Positions 39,615-51,800 of a stretch of 64,000 nucleotides of DNA are shown here, in pieces; within the stretch, counting starts at the first letter, position 1, and every line of letters starts with the position of its first letter. Below the pieces are notes generated by a model. It saw only the letters and a program-made list of their open reading frames with translations, did not search any database and was not told where the DNA came from. The stretch covers positions 18,125-82,124 of the forward strand of contig JAZUFZ010000017.1 of NCBI GenBank assembly GCA_045640985.1. The letters are read 5' to 3'. Position numbers and translations under genes: made by a program. The stretch is from Bacteroidales bacterium (GTDB taxonomy: Bacteria; Bacteroidota; Bacteroidia; Bacteroidales; P3).

Positions 39615-39805
39615 CTATCCTCAGAGAACCAGCAACATACGCAAAAAGACATCAAAAATCGAGATTTCACTCTTTCAATGCACAACGATACCTATGCTGA
39701 ACCATGATGACCCTGACTTTTTCCATTCCGACCTGAATAGATCTCTTTGACACTCCATTGAAAAAGTTCTTTGGCGGGTTCTTTGATGAAATCTTTCTCC
39801 GAGAA

Positions 39806-39840
39806 AACAAAAAAAGGGCGCCTCACGAGGAGGCACCCTT
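39806..39840 (-). terminator. rho-independent terminator of the giant gene
   Basis: On the minus strand: GGGTGCCTC-CTCGT-GAGGCGCCC followed by a T7 run, ~45 nt after the stop at 39882. Confidence 0.6.
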
Positions 39841-39881
39841 TTGATTAGAGTGTTATCTAATCAGTCAGTAGGAGGTTCGGA

Positions 39882-42800
39882 TTAGCGAACAACCACTACA
39901 CGACGAGCAGGCAAGTTGCCGACCTTCACCATGTAAACGCCAGAGGTTGGCATAGTGAATTCGTTAACTTCGCTGTAGTTTTCAGCTACGTGATTTACGC
40001 AGCGTCCAACAGCATCGTAGATGTAGATTGACTGGTTAGCGGCACCTTTGACAACGATGTTGCCGTTGGTGCTGTAGATGTTCACGTCGAGAGCATCAAC
40101 ATCGTCAATACCCTGAACAGCTCTGAACTCAGCAACATACTCGGCATCGCCGGTAACGGTGATGGTGCGGGTAGCGTTGGTGTTGCCATCGCTCCACTGA
40201 ACGAATTCATAGCCCTGTCTTGCAGTAGCGGTGATAGTTGCAGTGGTGTTGTAAGCGTAAGAGCCGGAACCGGTAACGGTACCCATAGTAGCATCGCAGC
40301 TTACGGTGATCATGTAGTTCATGGCCACGAAGTTAGCGGTGAGGGTAAGGTTGCTGGTTACAACGATGTCGCGTACAGCGTTGGTGTTACCGTCGCTCCA
40401 GCTGTCGAACTCATAGTGTTCGTTAGCTACTGCAGCGATGTGAGCGGTTGTACCTTCGAGGTAGCTGCCGCCACCGGTTACAGTACCCATAACTGCATCA
40501 TTAACCTGGAGGGTAATGGTGTAGGTCTGGAGTGTACGCTGGAAGTTAGCTCTGTATTCTGCATCATCATTAACGGTAATGGTACGTGGGTTCTCGGTTA
40601 CTGCATCGCCCCAGTTGGTGAAGGTTACGCTTGCATCAGCAGGAATAGCGGTGAGAACAACCTGCTGGCCGAAGAGATACTGGCCAGCACCGGTAACGGT
40701 ACCGAGTTCAGGATCATTAACCGAAGTAGTGATGGTGTAGAGGTTACGTGCATACTGAGCGGAGAATGCTGTATCGGAGAGGATCACAACACGGCGAACT
40801 GCATTGGTGTCACCATCGTTCCACTGAGTGAAGTGATATCCGTGGTTAGCACTTGCGGTGATAGTCACGGTGTCTTCGAATGCGAAGGTGCCGGCACCTT
40901 CTACAGTACCCATGTAGGTAGAGTCAACATTCAAGGTCAGAGTGTAGTTGTTACGTGCGAACTGAGCTACGAAGTTTCTATCGGAGGATACGAGAACGTT
41001 ACGTGGGTTTTCAGTATTGTTGTCGCTCCACTGAACGAAGTGGTAACCATAGTTTGGAGTAGCCTCGATTACAGCGGTGGTGCCATAGTCGTAGCTGCCC
41101 GTACCAGTGGTGGTACCTTCAATAGCGTTGCAGGTAACATTGATGTCGAACTGATCAACTGCGAAGATTGCGGTTACAGCAGTATCGCTGTGTACAAGGA
41201 TCTGGAGTGGGTTAACGGTTTCGCCGTTGCTCCATTCTACAAACTTGTAACCGTATGCTGCCTGAGCATTGATGGTTGCATACAAGCCATAGATAAACTG
41301 GTTGCCAACGCCACCGGTAACGGTAACAGCACCCATTTCTGCATTGTTAGCAGTTGCAGTTACAGTATGAGTATCGATTGCAAAGTTTGCAGTCAGTGTA
41401 GCATCGCCAAGAACCTGATAGTTGTATGGGTTGTCGGTTGCACCATCGCTCCAGTTGGTGAAGTGGTAGTGTGCATCGGCGGTAGCGCTGAGAGTTGCGA
41501 AGGACTCGTACTCATATTCGCCGGAACCGGTAGCAGTACCATTTTCAGCAGCATTTACAACTACTGCGAAGGTCATCTTGGTGAAGAGTGCAGTGAGGTT
41601 CATATTTCCGGTTACTTCAACAACGCGAACGCTGTCCATGTTACCGTCTGCCCAACCTGCGAATACATATCCGTAGTTAGGAGTTACATGGATGGTATCG
41701 TATTCACCATAGAGGATCATACCGTTGTTGGTCTGGGAAACAGTACCATTTTCTGCAGTTACATATACACGGTAGGTGTGACCACCGAACATTGCGGTAT
41801 AGGTAGCGTTGCCCTCTACCACGATGGTGCGGATAGCGTTGGTGTCACCGTCATTCCAGTACCAGAAGGAGTTCTGCTGTGCATCGAGAGGAGTAGCGCT
41901 GATGGTTACTTCTTCACCGTATGCAAAACGTCCGGTTCCTTCTACAGTACCGAGGTCGTTGCCAGCGAGTACAGTGATGTCGAAGGAGTCAGCCACGAAG
42001 GTTGCAGTCAGGACGGTGTCGCCCATAACGGTAACGGTACGTGGGTTGGCTACGTCGCCATCGCTCCAGCCGTTGAAGATGTAACCGAACTTAGGTTCAA
42101 CAGTAAGAACTGCTGTCTCGCCGTAAGCGGTCTGAGCGTCTTCAATGGTGCAGGTACCCATGTTGGTATCGATTGCTACAGATACAGTGTACATGTTAGG
42201 ATCGAACAGAGCCACATAGCTGTTAGGACCATTTACGGTTACAGTGCGGGTAGCATCGGTTACGCCGTCAGTCCAGCCTACGAAGTGATATCCGTAGTTA
42301 GCAACAGCGGTAAGAACTGCCTCACTCATGTAGAGGTAAGAACCAGCACCTTCTACAGTACCACGTTCTGCATATTCTGCAGCAGCGTTGATAGTGTATT
42401 CACGAGGACCGAAGGTTGCTACGAGGTTCAGGTCTTCAGTTACGATAGTCTGATAGATGTTATTGGTGTTACCATCGTTCCAGCTTACGAACTCATAACC
42501 GAAGTTAGCAGTTGCAGCCAGAGTGAGGTAAGAACCGTAGGTGTAACGGCCACCTGCGTTGAGACCGTTGATGGTACCGAGGGCAGGATCGTTTACAGAT
42601 GCGGTTACAGTCAAGGTATCAACTGCGAAGGTTGCAGTCAGCGTGATATCTTCGTTCACGGTAAGAACGCGTGGGTTGTCGGTGTTGCCGTCACTCCAGT
42701 TGAAGAAGTGGTAGCCAGCCTTGGTGCAGGTAGCGCTGATGGTAGCAGTACGTCCACTTACGTAGCGTCCTGCGCCTTCTACAGTACCCATCTTGGCGTC

Positions 42801-45800
42801 AGCCAGCAAGGTCACGTTGTAAGATACGCTGTCGAACTGTGCAGTGTAGGTAGCGTCGCCACCAACGGTGATAACACGTGGGTTAGCCACAACGCCGTCG
42901 TTCCACTGAACGAATTCGTAGCCTTCATTTGCAGTTGCTTCAAGAGTATCTTTTGCACTGAGTACAAATTCACCGGAACCGGTTACGGTACCACGTTCTG
43001 CAACGTTGGCAACAGCGGTGATAGTGAATGTTGTATTAGCCTCTTCGAAGATTGCGGTGTATTCTGCGTCACCGGTGATGGTGAGTACGCGTGGGTTGTC
43101 GGTGTTACCGTCGCTCCAGCGTGCGAATACGATGTTGTCTTCGAGGTTGGTATCGATAGCTTCGATATTAGTCGTACGGTTATACAGGTAGCGGCCTGCA
43201 CCGGTTACAGTACCGTAAGTAGAGTTAACTGCTACGGTGAAGGTATCAGGTGCGAAGTATGCCATGTAGAAGTTACGTGCGCTGGTGAACTCGAAGGTAT
43301 ATGGGTTCTCTCTGCTGTTGCCGCTCCAGTAATTGAAGTGGTAACCGAATGCAGGAATTGCCTCGATAGTAACTTCGGTGCCATATACAAACTGGCCAGC
43401 ACCGGTAACAGTACCCTGAGCTACGTTGTTGGAAACAACATTCAAGGTGTGGGTATCAGGCTGGAAGATAGCGGTCAGCAAGGTATCGCTGGTTACACGC
43501 AGACGGCGTGCAGCCTCGGTATTGTTGTCGCTCCAGTTTACAAAGCGGAAGTTAGTATTTGGTATAGCTTCGATGTTAGCGTAGCTGTTTACAGCGTAGG
43601 TGCCAGCACCGGTAACAGTACCCATAGTTGCGTCGTTGGTGTTCAAGGTAACGGTGTACTGAGCATCAACTGGCTCGAACATTGCAATGTAGGTAGCAGG
43701 ACCTTCAACCTGAACAGTACGTGGGTTGTCGGTAATGCTGTCTTCCCACATCGTGAATGCGAAGCCGGCACGTGGGTTAGCTGTCATTTCGGCGTTGCTC
43801 AGGTATGCGTAGTTGCCGCTTCCGGTAACGGTACCCATACTGTTGTTAGCGCTGAGAACAGTGATTGCGAACTGTGCAGCTGAGAATTCTGCTACGAGTG
43901 TAGTATCGTCGGTTACAGTTACGCGGCGGGATGCGGTAGTTACACCGTCATTCCAACGTACGAACTGGTAGCCGTAGTTAGCGGTTGCTCTTACGGTAGT
44001 GGTACCGAGGTAAGCAACGTCAGCATCTTCAGATACTGTACCCATTGCAAGGTCAGCGGACTGAACAGTTACGTGGAAGGTATCCTTAACATAGATTGCA
44101 GTCAGGTTGATGTTTTCTCTCAACTGGCCGCTGCGTACCATCGTGGTCACGCTATCACTCCACATCTGGAATACATAGCCGTGGTTTGCGGTGGTGCTGA
44201 TAGTGTAAGGAGAATTGTAGTTCAAGGTATCTGCGCCTTCTACAATACCTGCACCGGCAGGAGTTACGTGCAGTGCAATGATATATGCGTTAGGTGCGAA
44301 GGTTGCAGTGAGATTTACATCGCTTTCAACGATCATCACGCGTGCGGTATCGGTGTTGCCGTCGCTCCAGGACTCGAAGTGGTTGCCGAGAGTTGCATTA
44401 GCGTTCAGCACGAGTTCGGTACCGTGTTCAACGGTGGTGGTCAGACCCTCAACGCCTTCGATAGAGATGCTGCCCATAGCTGCGAAGCCTTGAGATGCAA
44501 ATGCGATGGAAACGTTGTAGGTGTTGATTTCGAAGTTAGCGGTGTAGTCGGCATTCTGGGTTGCAACAATCTGACGGGTCAGGTTGGTGTCACCGTCTGC
44601 CCATCCCGTGAAGTGGTAACCGTATGCAGGAACTGCTGTCAGAGTAACAGTGTCATTTGCATCGTAGATACCGCTACCGAGTGCTGTACCCATATTGTCG
44701 TTGTTTGCAAGTGCATTTACAGTGTAGCGTGCTTCAGTAGCGAAGTTAGCTACGAGTGTATCGTCATAGAGAACGGTGTAGCTGCGTTCAGCATTGATTT
44801 CACCATCGCTCCAGCCGTTGAAGTAGAAGCCTGCTGCAGGAACTGCGGTGAGGGTGATTTCGCTGTTGAATGGGTAGCTGCCTGTACCGGTCACCATACC
44901 AGCGTTAGCAGGATCAACCACTGCTGCGATAGCGAAGGTGTCAGGTACATAGTAAGCCGTAATATTAATGTTGTCGTAAACGCGGAAGCCGATAGCCTGT
45001 TCGGTTTCGCCGTTGCTCCAGTTCTGGAACTGATAGCCGTAGTAGTTAGGTGCGTAGAGAACTGCGGAATCACCGTAGCCGTACATACCAGTACCGCGGA
45101 TTTCGATGTCTTCGAATTCAGTTTCAGCAGCAACTTCGAAGCTGTCCTTAGCAAAGATTGCAGTCAGAACAGTATTCTCGACTACTTCGATGGTGCGTAC
45201 GGCCTCTTCGTTACCGTCGCTCCATGCTACGAAGTAAGCGTGTTCGTTAGCGATAGCCTCAATGTCCACCATTGCGCCATAACCAACTTCGTCGAAGGAT
45301 GCAGTAGCGGTACCCATTACGGTATCGTTAGAGCGTACGAGTACACTGTACAGGTCTGCCTCGAAGTAAGCGGTCAGGTCGTAATCCTGGTTCATCAGGA
45401 GACTGCGGCTTGCTGATGGATTTTCATCACTCCATTGTACGAAGTGGTTACCAACAGTAGGAGTAGCTGTGATGTAAGCGTAAGAGTCTTCAACATATTC
45501 GCCTTCGCCTTCAACGGTACCGAGTTCTTCGTCGTTGGAAGCAAGGGTTACGTTGTACTGCTGAGGAACATACAGACGGATGTCATCGATGCAGCAGCTG
45601 TATTGGTTGCTGTAGTACCATCTGAATGCTATGCGGTCAGCATCTTCCGGAACTTCGCTCAGGTCGATGGTAACTTCGCTCATGGAACCATTGTGGCTGG
45701 ATACCTGCTGAATCTGAGTGAAGGTGTTGAAGTTGTTGTCGCCTTCCTTGATATAACCAACGGTCAGCGTACCATAGGAAGCGCTTTCCGTCTGTCTCCA

Positions 45801-48800
45801 GAACTTCATCTTCATCGTATTGAGTTCAGCACCCATCTTAGGCAATGCTGCATAGTTATAGCCGCTGCCGTAGAAGGTCAGAGCCTTGCTGCCGCTATGC
45901 TTGTAGTAGTAAGATCCGGAACTGATTACGTGAGGACGAACACTACCGGTTGAGTAGGTCTTCCAGCAGTTGATTGCGTCAGCATCGATGTCATAAGTAT
46001 AGCCTTCGTAGCTTTCGAAGTCTTCTTCGTAAGGCAGTGCGCTTTCACCGCAGTACTGGAAGCCGTTGCCGGCAACCCAGCGGGAAACAAATTCACCGTC
46101 TTCATCGCAGATAGCTCTTACCTTCCAATTGATGGTAGTTACTGCTACGAGGTCTTCGAGATTATAGTTTTCAGATGCAGATCCTTCAAATACTACCGTA
46201 TCCATACCGTTAGCCCACAGTACATATTCGTAAGATGCGGGATCGGTTTCCGGATCAGGAGTTATACTGAAGTTTACAACGCCCATTTCTTCTCTTACAG
46301 AAGCAACGGCGAGTATAGGCTGACGGCAGAGAGGAGCAGTTGCAAAGATTGCGCTGTTCCACAGAGTGATGTCGTCAGTACCTGCACATGTAGGAGCAAT
46401 ATAGAAGTAGTAGTCTGCGTCAGCAGTGAGATCTTCAAGATCCAAACCGAGAGCAGTTACACTTGTGAGTTCAGCAGCTGCGATACCCTCGATAGTGAGA
46501 GGTTCGGTGCTGAGAACATAGTTGTAATCCAGGTTACCTGCTTCTGAAGGATACCAGTCGATATGGGCTGCATCAGCAGTTACGCCGCTTACATTGATTC
46601 TGTTCACGCGGTTGCAACCAGTGCTTGATGCGAAGCAGAACTTGATGTTTGCGTGTCCTTCTACTCTTCCAGGACCATTACCCTGTGACTGAGGATTTGT
46701 CAAGCTGAATGCGGTACCGTCTTGGTACTTATAGATAGTAGTATAGCCGTCTGTTTCGGTACCTGCTGCAGAATATCCATAGGATGAAGTGTGTGATTCA
46801 CCTGCTGCCTGGTTGGTGATGGTGGCAATTACGATATTGCTCTGGCCATCCCAGAACCATGGAGTAGAGAACTCGAAGGTCATCTCACCTGCTTCGTCAC
46901 CCTCGGAACGACTGATAGGTCCGCATACCTGGGTAAGATTGCTGTGAGGAACCATACCAGCTACAGTTGCACTGGTAAATTCATCCATGCTGGTAGAACC
47001 GATAAAGATATAGAGATCTTTGTTATAACCTGCTTCTTCAGTCCAGGTGTAAGAGATAGATTCGATGCTGCCTGCACCATAGTTCTGGGCAGCCATCTCA
47101 TCAACAGTGATAATCTGCTGTGTATAGCTGTTGCCCCATCCGGTGTAGGTAGGAGCACCGCTGTATTCATCTTCACCGTCACCGATGGTTACGCATCCGG
47201 AAGCAGTACCTGCTGCGGGAACGTTGAAGGATACAGAAGCTTCAGCACTGTTGCCTTCTTCGCACATTGCGCTTACGTAAGCACGATAGGTTTCGCCTGC
47301 AACGGAGAATGGAATAACTGCAGTATTGGTGTTTACGGTCATAATCTGAGCGTTGGCTGAAGAATCTTCAGGTTCGCCATATACCCAGATTACCTGCCAT
47401 TCGGTTTCCTCGCCGAACTCGCCGCGCTCCCAGTTCAGGGATGCTGCCAGAGAGGTTACGTTGGAAACGGTCAGGTTCACAGGAGTAGCACATGCAGGAG
47501 GCATGGTGAAGCTTACTTCCTTCCAGCTGCTGCGTGAGCTGCCGCAAACATTAGTTACATAGATATAGTAGGTTTCGCCTGGAACGAGATCCTCAACATA
47601 AGCCTCAGTTACGGTGAGGTCTGCCTCTTGGTAATCGTCCTCGGTCAGTTCTGCCAGGGCACCGTCTTCGAGAGCTTCGCTGCTGATTACGTATGCGAAG
47701 TTGCCTTCCATACCTTCATAGAAGTTCCAGGTGATGGTAGCGGTGGTAGTACTGGTGATGTCAGCTGCAAGGTCAACAACCGAGCGGCAGTCAGCGAAGG
47801 TTCTGAACATGTATGGAGCCCATACACTGTAGCCTTCTTCATGACCGTTGGCGTTGCAACGTGCGCGTACATATACATAGTAGTCAACCTCTGGATCGAG
47901 ACCGTTGAGTTCGCAAGTGAGTGCGTTGCCGGAGAAGTTGTAGCTGTCGAGAGAATCGATAGTTGCAAAATCAACCACAGCGGTGTCGCTTACTAACACG
48001 TCATAGTATCCAACATAGTCGGAAGTAGAAGAGGTCCAGCTGAGAGTAGCGGAAGAAGAGGTGATGTCGCTTGCTGCAATTTCGGTTGCAGGTTCGCAAG
48101 CCTCATTTTCTTCGCAGATGGTGAAGCGGATGTTGTTGCGTACGCTGAGTACGTCACCGCTTGCGCCAGAAGTTGCAGCATTGTCCGGAGTGAACTGGGT
48201 GCCATCTCTGTACACATATACAGACTTGTTGCCAGTGCAGGAGGTTACATTGTAGGAAGATCCACTGCTCCAGCTGCCGTTCACGTTGTTGATAGCCACA
48301 ACCAGGTTGGAGGTGCCGTCATACATGAAAGGTTCTGCCAGAGTGAAGGAGTTCCAGCCGATAGTGGTACCCATGTGTACATTGTGTGCCACCAGGGTCA
48401 GCTCGCTGCTAGGAACAAAGTCATCGGTACCGGAGAAGGTCGATTGGGTGGTAGTACCCAGGTAGATATCCACCATGCGGTCCTTAACAGCTGCGTTCTG
48501 GATAGCGAATGCGGTGATAGGACCAGAGGTGAGTTCTTCCTTATCGAAGATCTGCTGGCTGTAACTGTAGTCGTATGTAGAGTAGAGAGGCATATAGCTG
48601 TTGGTTCCGCTGCTGTTGCCCATCTGATGTACATCGCAATAGTTAAGAGCCTTGGTCTTAGCGTTAACGCTCAGCCATGCAGGTGAACATTCGTTGCGCA
48701 GATAGAAGTAGTAACCGGTTTCGCGTTCGAGACCGCTTACATGATATACTCTTTCATAGCCTTCACCTTCTGCGGTGATGGTCTGGTATTCAGCAGCTGC

Positions 48801-51800
48801 AAGTTCTTCAGCAGTCAGGGCAACGGTGTCATATACCAGTTGGAAGGTATAGAGCGCGCTGTCTGCGGTGTTGAAGTTGAGGTTCAGTCTCGTACGTTCA
48901 ACCTTATTTGCAGTCAGGCCGTAGAGGGTAGGACAACCCTCGATCAGTACGCGGATTTCCCATTCGGTAGCTGCTACATCCTGGCCGGCAGGCTGCAGAT
49001 ATACAAACTGACCGTAGGTAAAGTCGAGAACGCCTGCACCGGATACAAGTACATGACCTGCAGCATCCAGTACGGTAGCGTTATTGCTTACGCGGAATGT
49101 AGATACCAGATTGGCAATATCTGCGTCAGCACGTACGGTAACTTCGATTACGTGGTTAATAGCATCTATGCTGGTAGTACCTACCTGATAGTCTGCAACA
49201 GCGTAAGAAGTGAAGGTTGCTTCATCGTTAAGTGTACGAACATTTACGAAATTAACAGCAGGCTCGCTGGTGCTGTTGTCGCATACAGCGCGTACGCTGA
49301 ATACATAGTTGGTATTGGCAGTCAAACCACCGAGATTTACATTTACGTTGGTACCTTCAACGGTAGCAGCCATATAAGGAATCTGGTAGGTCTGGCCTGT
49401 CAGTGTATCGGTGATTATCCATGCTACGCATTCGCCAGGCTGTTCCCAGGTCAGATCAACAGAATGAGCATTCACCTGCTGAGCTGCGAGACGGAAACTG
49501 TTAGGACGACGGCAGTCAGGAATGTAGTTCATACCAAAGTTGTCAAGATAGATCCAGTTTTCGCTGGAGCCGACCTTTTCAACAGAGAACATGATGCGGT
49601 CGCCTGCTATCTCACCAAATTCGTCGAGATAGATTTCATAGTTCTCATAGTCGGTTGAGTTGAGTTCGATGGTAGTAAGTTCCTGAAGGTTGGTGATAGC
49701 ATCACCTTCAATAGACAGAGCATACAGTTTTACCTGACCTTCGTAGCTGCTGCTGTAGCGTCTTGCCTTGAAGGTCACCATTGTGGTGTTCAAAGCGGCA
49801 GGAACCACAGGAGTGATGATAGATCTCATGGTATATGTACCATACGCATCAAAGTTCAGATAAGCTGTAGTACCAGAAGTGACAAGTGTAGGTGAAGAAC
49901 CTGCAACACGCCAGCAGCCTAAAGATGGGCTGTCTTGGGCAAACTCATCGAGGAATGGGAGCGACATAGTACCACAGAGTTGGAACTGATCGCCATTGGT
50001 CCAGCGAGAGGTATCGCCTTCGCCGCAGATGCTGCGTACACGCCAGTTGTAGATAGCGATGTTTGGCAGAGAGGTGATTGCAACACTGTCACCTGCTACG
50101 ATGCTGATATGTTCAGCATCTTCAACCTGAGCATTCCAGAATTCATATTCGAATTCCTGAGCCTCGCCGTATTCACCGTCATGAGCCACAACGCAGATTA
50201 CGGTGTCTTCGTTAGCATACAGACTCTTGATGCTTGGAGCAGAGCAGGATGGGAGGGTAGTAAATTCGGTGCCAACCCATTTTGACTCTTCAGAGCAGAT
50301 TGGACGAACATATACATAATAGGTAACGTCGATTACCAGGTCATCGTAGGAGATGGATGGAGTTTCAACAGTTACAGGAGTAGCTTCTGCCAGAGCAGAT
50401 TCGGTCAGAGGCTCTTCGCTTCTTACCACCTGCCAGCTGGTCTCGCTTCCACCGGTGTACCATACTACGTCAGCAGTGTGGCTTGCCACATTCTGTGCCG
50501 TTACATGGGATACTGCCGGGCAGTCGCCTGCGAGGAAGCAGAACGTTACGTTAGGACGATACGTCAGTGTGGTAGTGTTACCTGTTGCGAACGGATCTGA
50601 AACAGTCAGTTGTGTACCATCCTGGTAGCATGCTACAACGGACGTATAGGAAGTTGAAGTGTACTGAGGAGTGAATGAACTACTTGTGGACTGGCTTGTA
50701 CCATCAGGCTGGTTGCTCAGGATACCTACCACAAGGTTGCTTGTACCATCCCATTCAAATGGAGTGGTGAAGTTATAGGTAAATGCTCCTTCACCTTCAT
50801 TAGCACCACGAACGAGAGGTCCGCAAACCTGCGTCATCTGGTTTTGTGGAATACGGTCTGAAGCTGAACCGAAGGAGTTCATAGTGGTAGTTCCCATGAA
50901 AGCATACACTTTCTTTTCAGCAGATGCTGCAGGATAGCTCAGAGAGATAGCGTTTATCATACCTGCATCGAGACCCATTGCGTGCATTTCATCAGCTCTG
51001 AAAAGAATCTGGGTATAGTAGTTACCCCAGTTGTATGGAGCACTGGTAGATCTGCTGGTACCTGTACCAATCTGTGTACAGTCAACCTTTACAGGAGTGT
51101 TGAAGTTCAGAACTGCAGGAGTGATACTTGGGGTACCATTGCAGATAGAGCGGACTTCAAGTCTGTAGTTGGTTGCAGGAGTGAGGTAGGTTACTACTGC
51201 TGAAGGATTGCTTACGGTGAACACCTGAGCATCGCCCATCTGTGCGCCGGTAGAATCAACAGCGTAGCAGGTTACCTGCCATTCGTTTTCATCTGCAAAG
51301 TTTGCAGTATCGCTCTCCCAAGCCACGGTAACACCGGTAGGTGCCTTGTCGGTCAGGTGAACATTGATAGGAGCAGGACAGGATGGAACCATGTCGAACT
51401 CGTAGCATACGTATGGGCTGTTGCCATCGTTGCCACCGCAGACGTTAGACAGATAGAAGTAGTAATGCTGGTCAGGAACCAGATTGCTTAAACCGATAGA
51501 AGTAACGTTCAAACCGCTGGCACTTACATTGTAGTTGTCAGGATTTGGAACTGCAGTAGGAGAAATGATGTAACGATAGTTAGCATCCTGGGTTGCGTCT
51601 GCACTCCAGCTCATAACAGCAGTGGTCTTGCTGGTGAATGCCACTGAAATGTTTTCAGGAGCACGGCAGGCTGCGTGAGTCTTGAATGGAATGCTGTTCC
51701 AGGTGCTGATACCGTCGTCCTGACCTTCACCGTTACACTTAACTCTGATGTAGAGATAGTAGTCGGTGTAAGGCATCAGGTTCTGGATGGTATAGGAAGT

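Noticed and set aside
39149-39881. Search of the ~730-bp and ~660-bp non-coding flanks of the giant gene (and other gaps) for tRNA, tmRNA, riboswitch or small protein genes
   Set aside because: I saw no cloverleaf-compatible GTTCGAATC-type T-arm, no known riboswitch cores I could recognise, and only very short ORFs interrupted by stops. The regions are explained by repeats, a terminator and promoter-like boxes. A covariance-model scan (Infernal/Rfam, tRNAscan-SE) would be the decisive check.
40416-43883. 1,155-aa ORF on the plus strand (with similar ones at 44073..45416, 52077..52892, 53055..54122 and 48741..49658), antisense to the giant gene
   Set aside because: These are shadow ORFs. The giant gene is rich in Gly/Thr/Val/Asn/Ala codons (GGT, ACC, GTT, AAC, GCT/AGC) whose reverse complements are again sense codons, so the antisense frame lacks stops. 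The translations are low-complexity with no signal peptide or motifs, whereas the minus-strand frame has coherent domain repeats from signal peptide to CTD.
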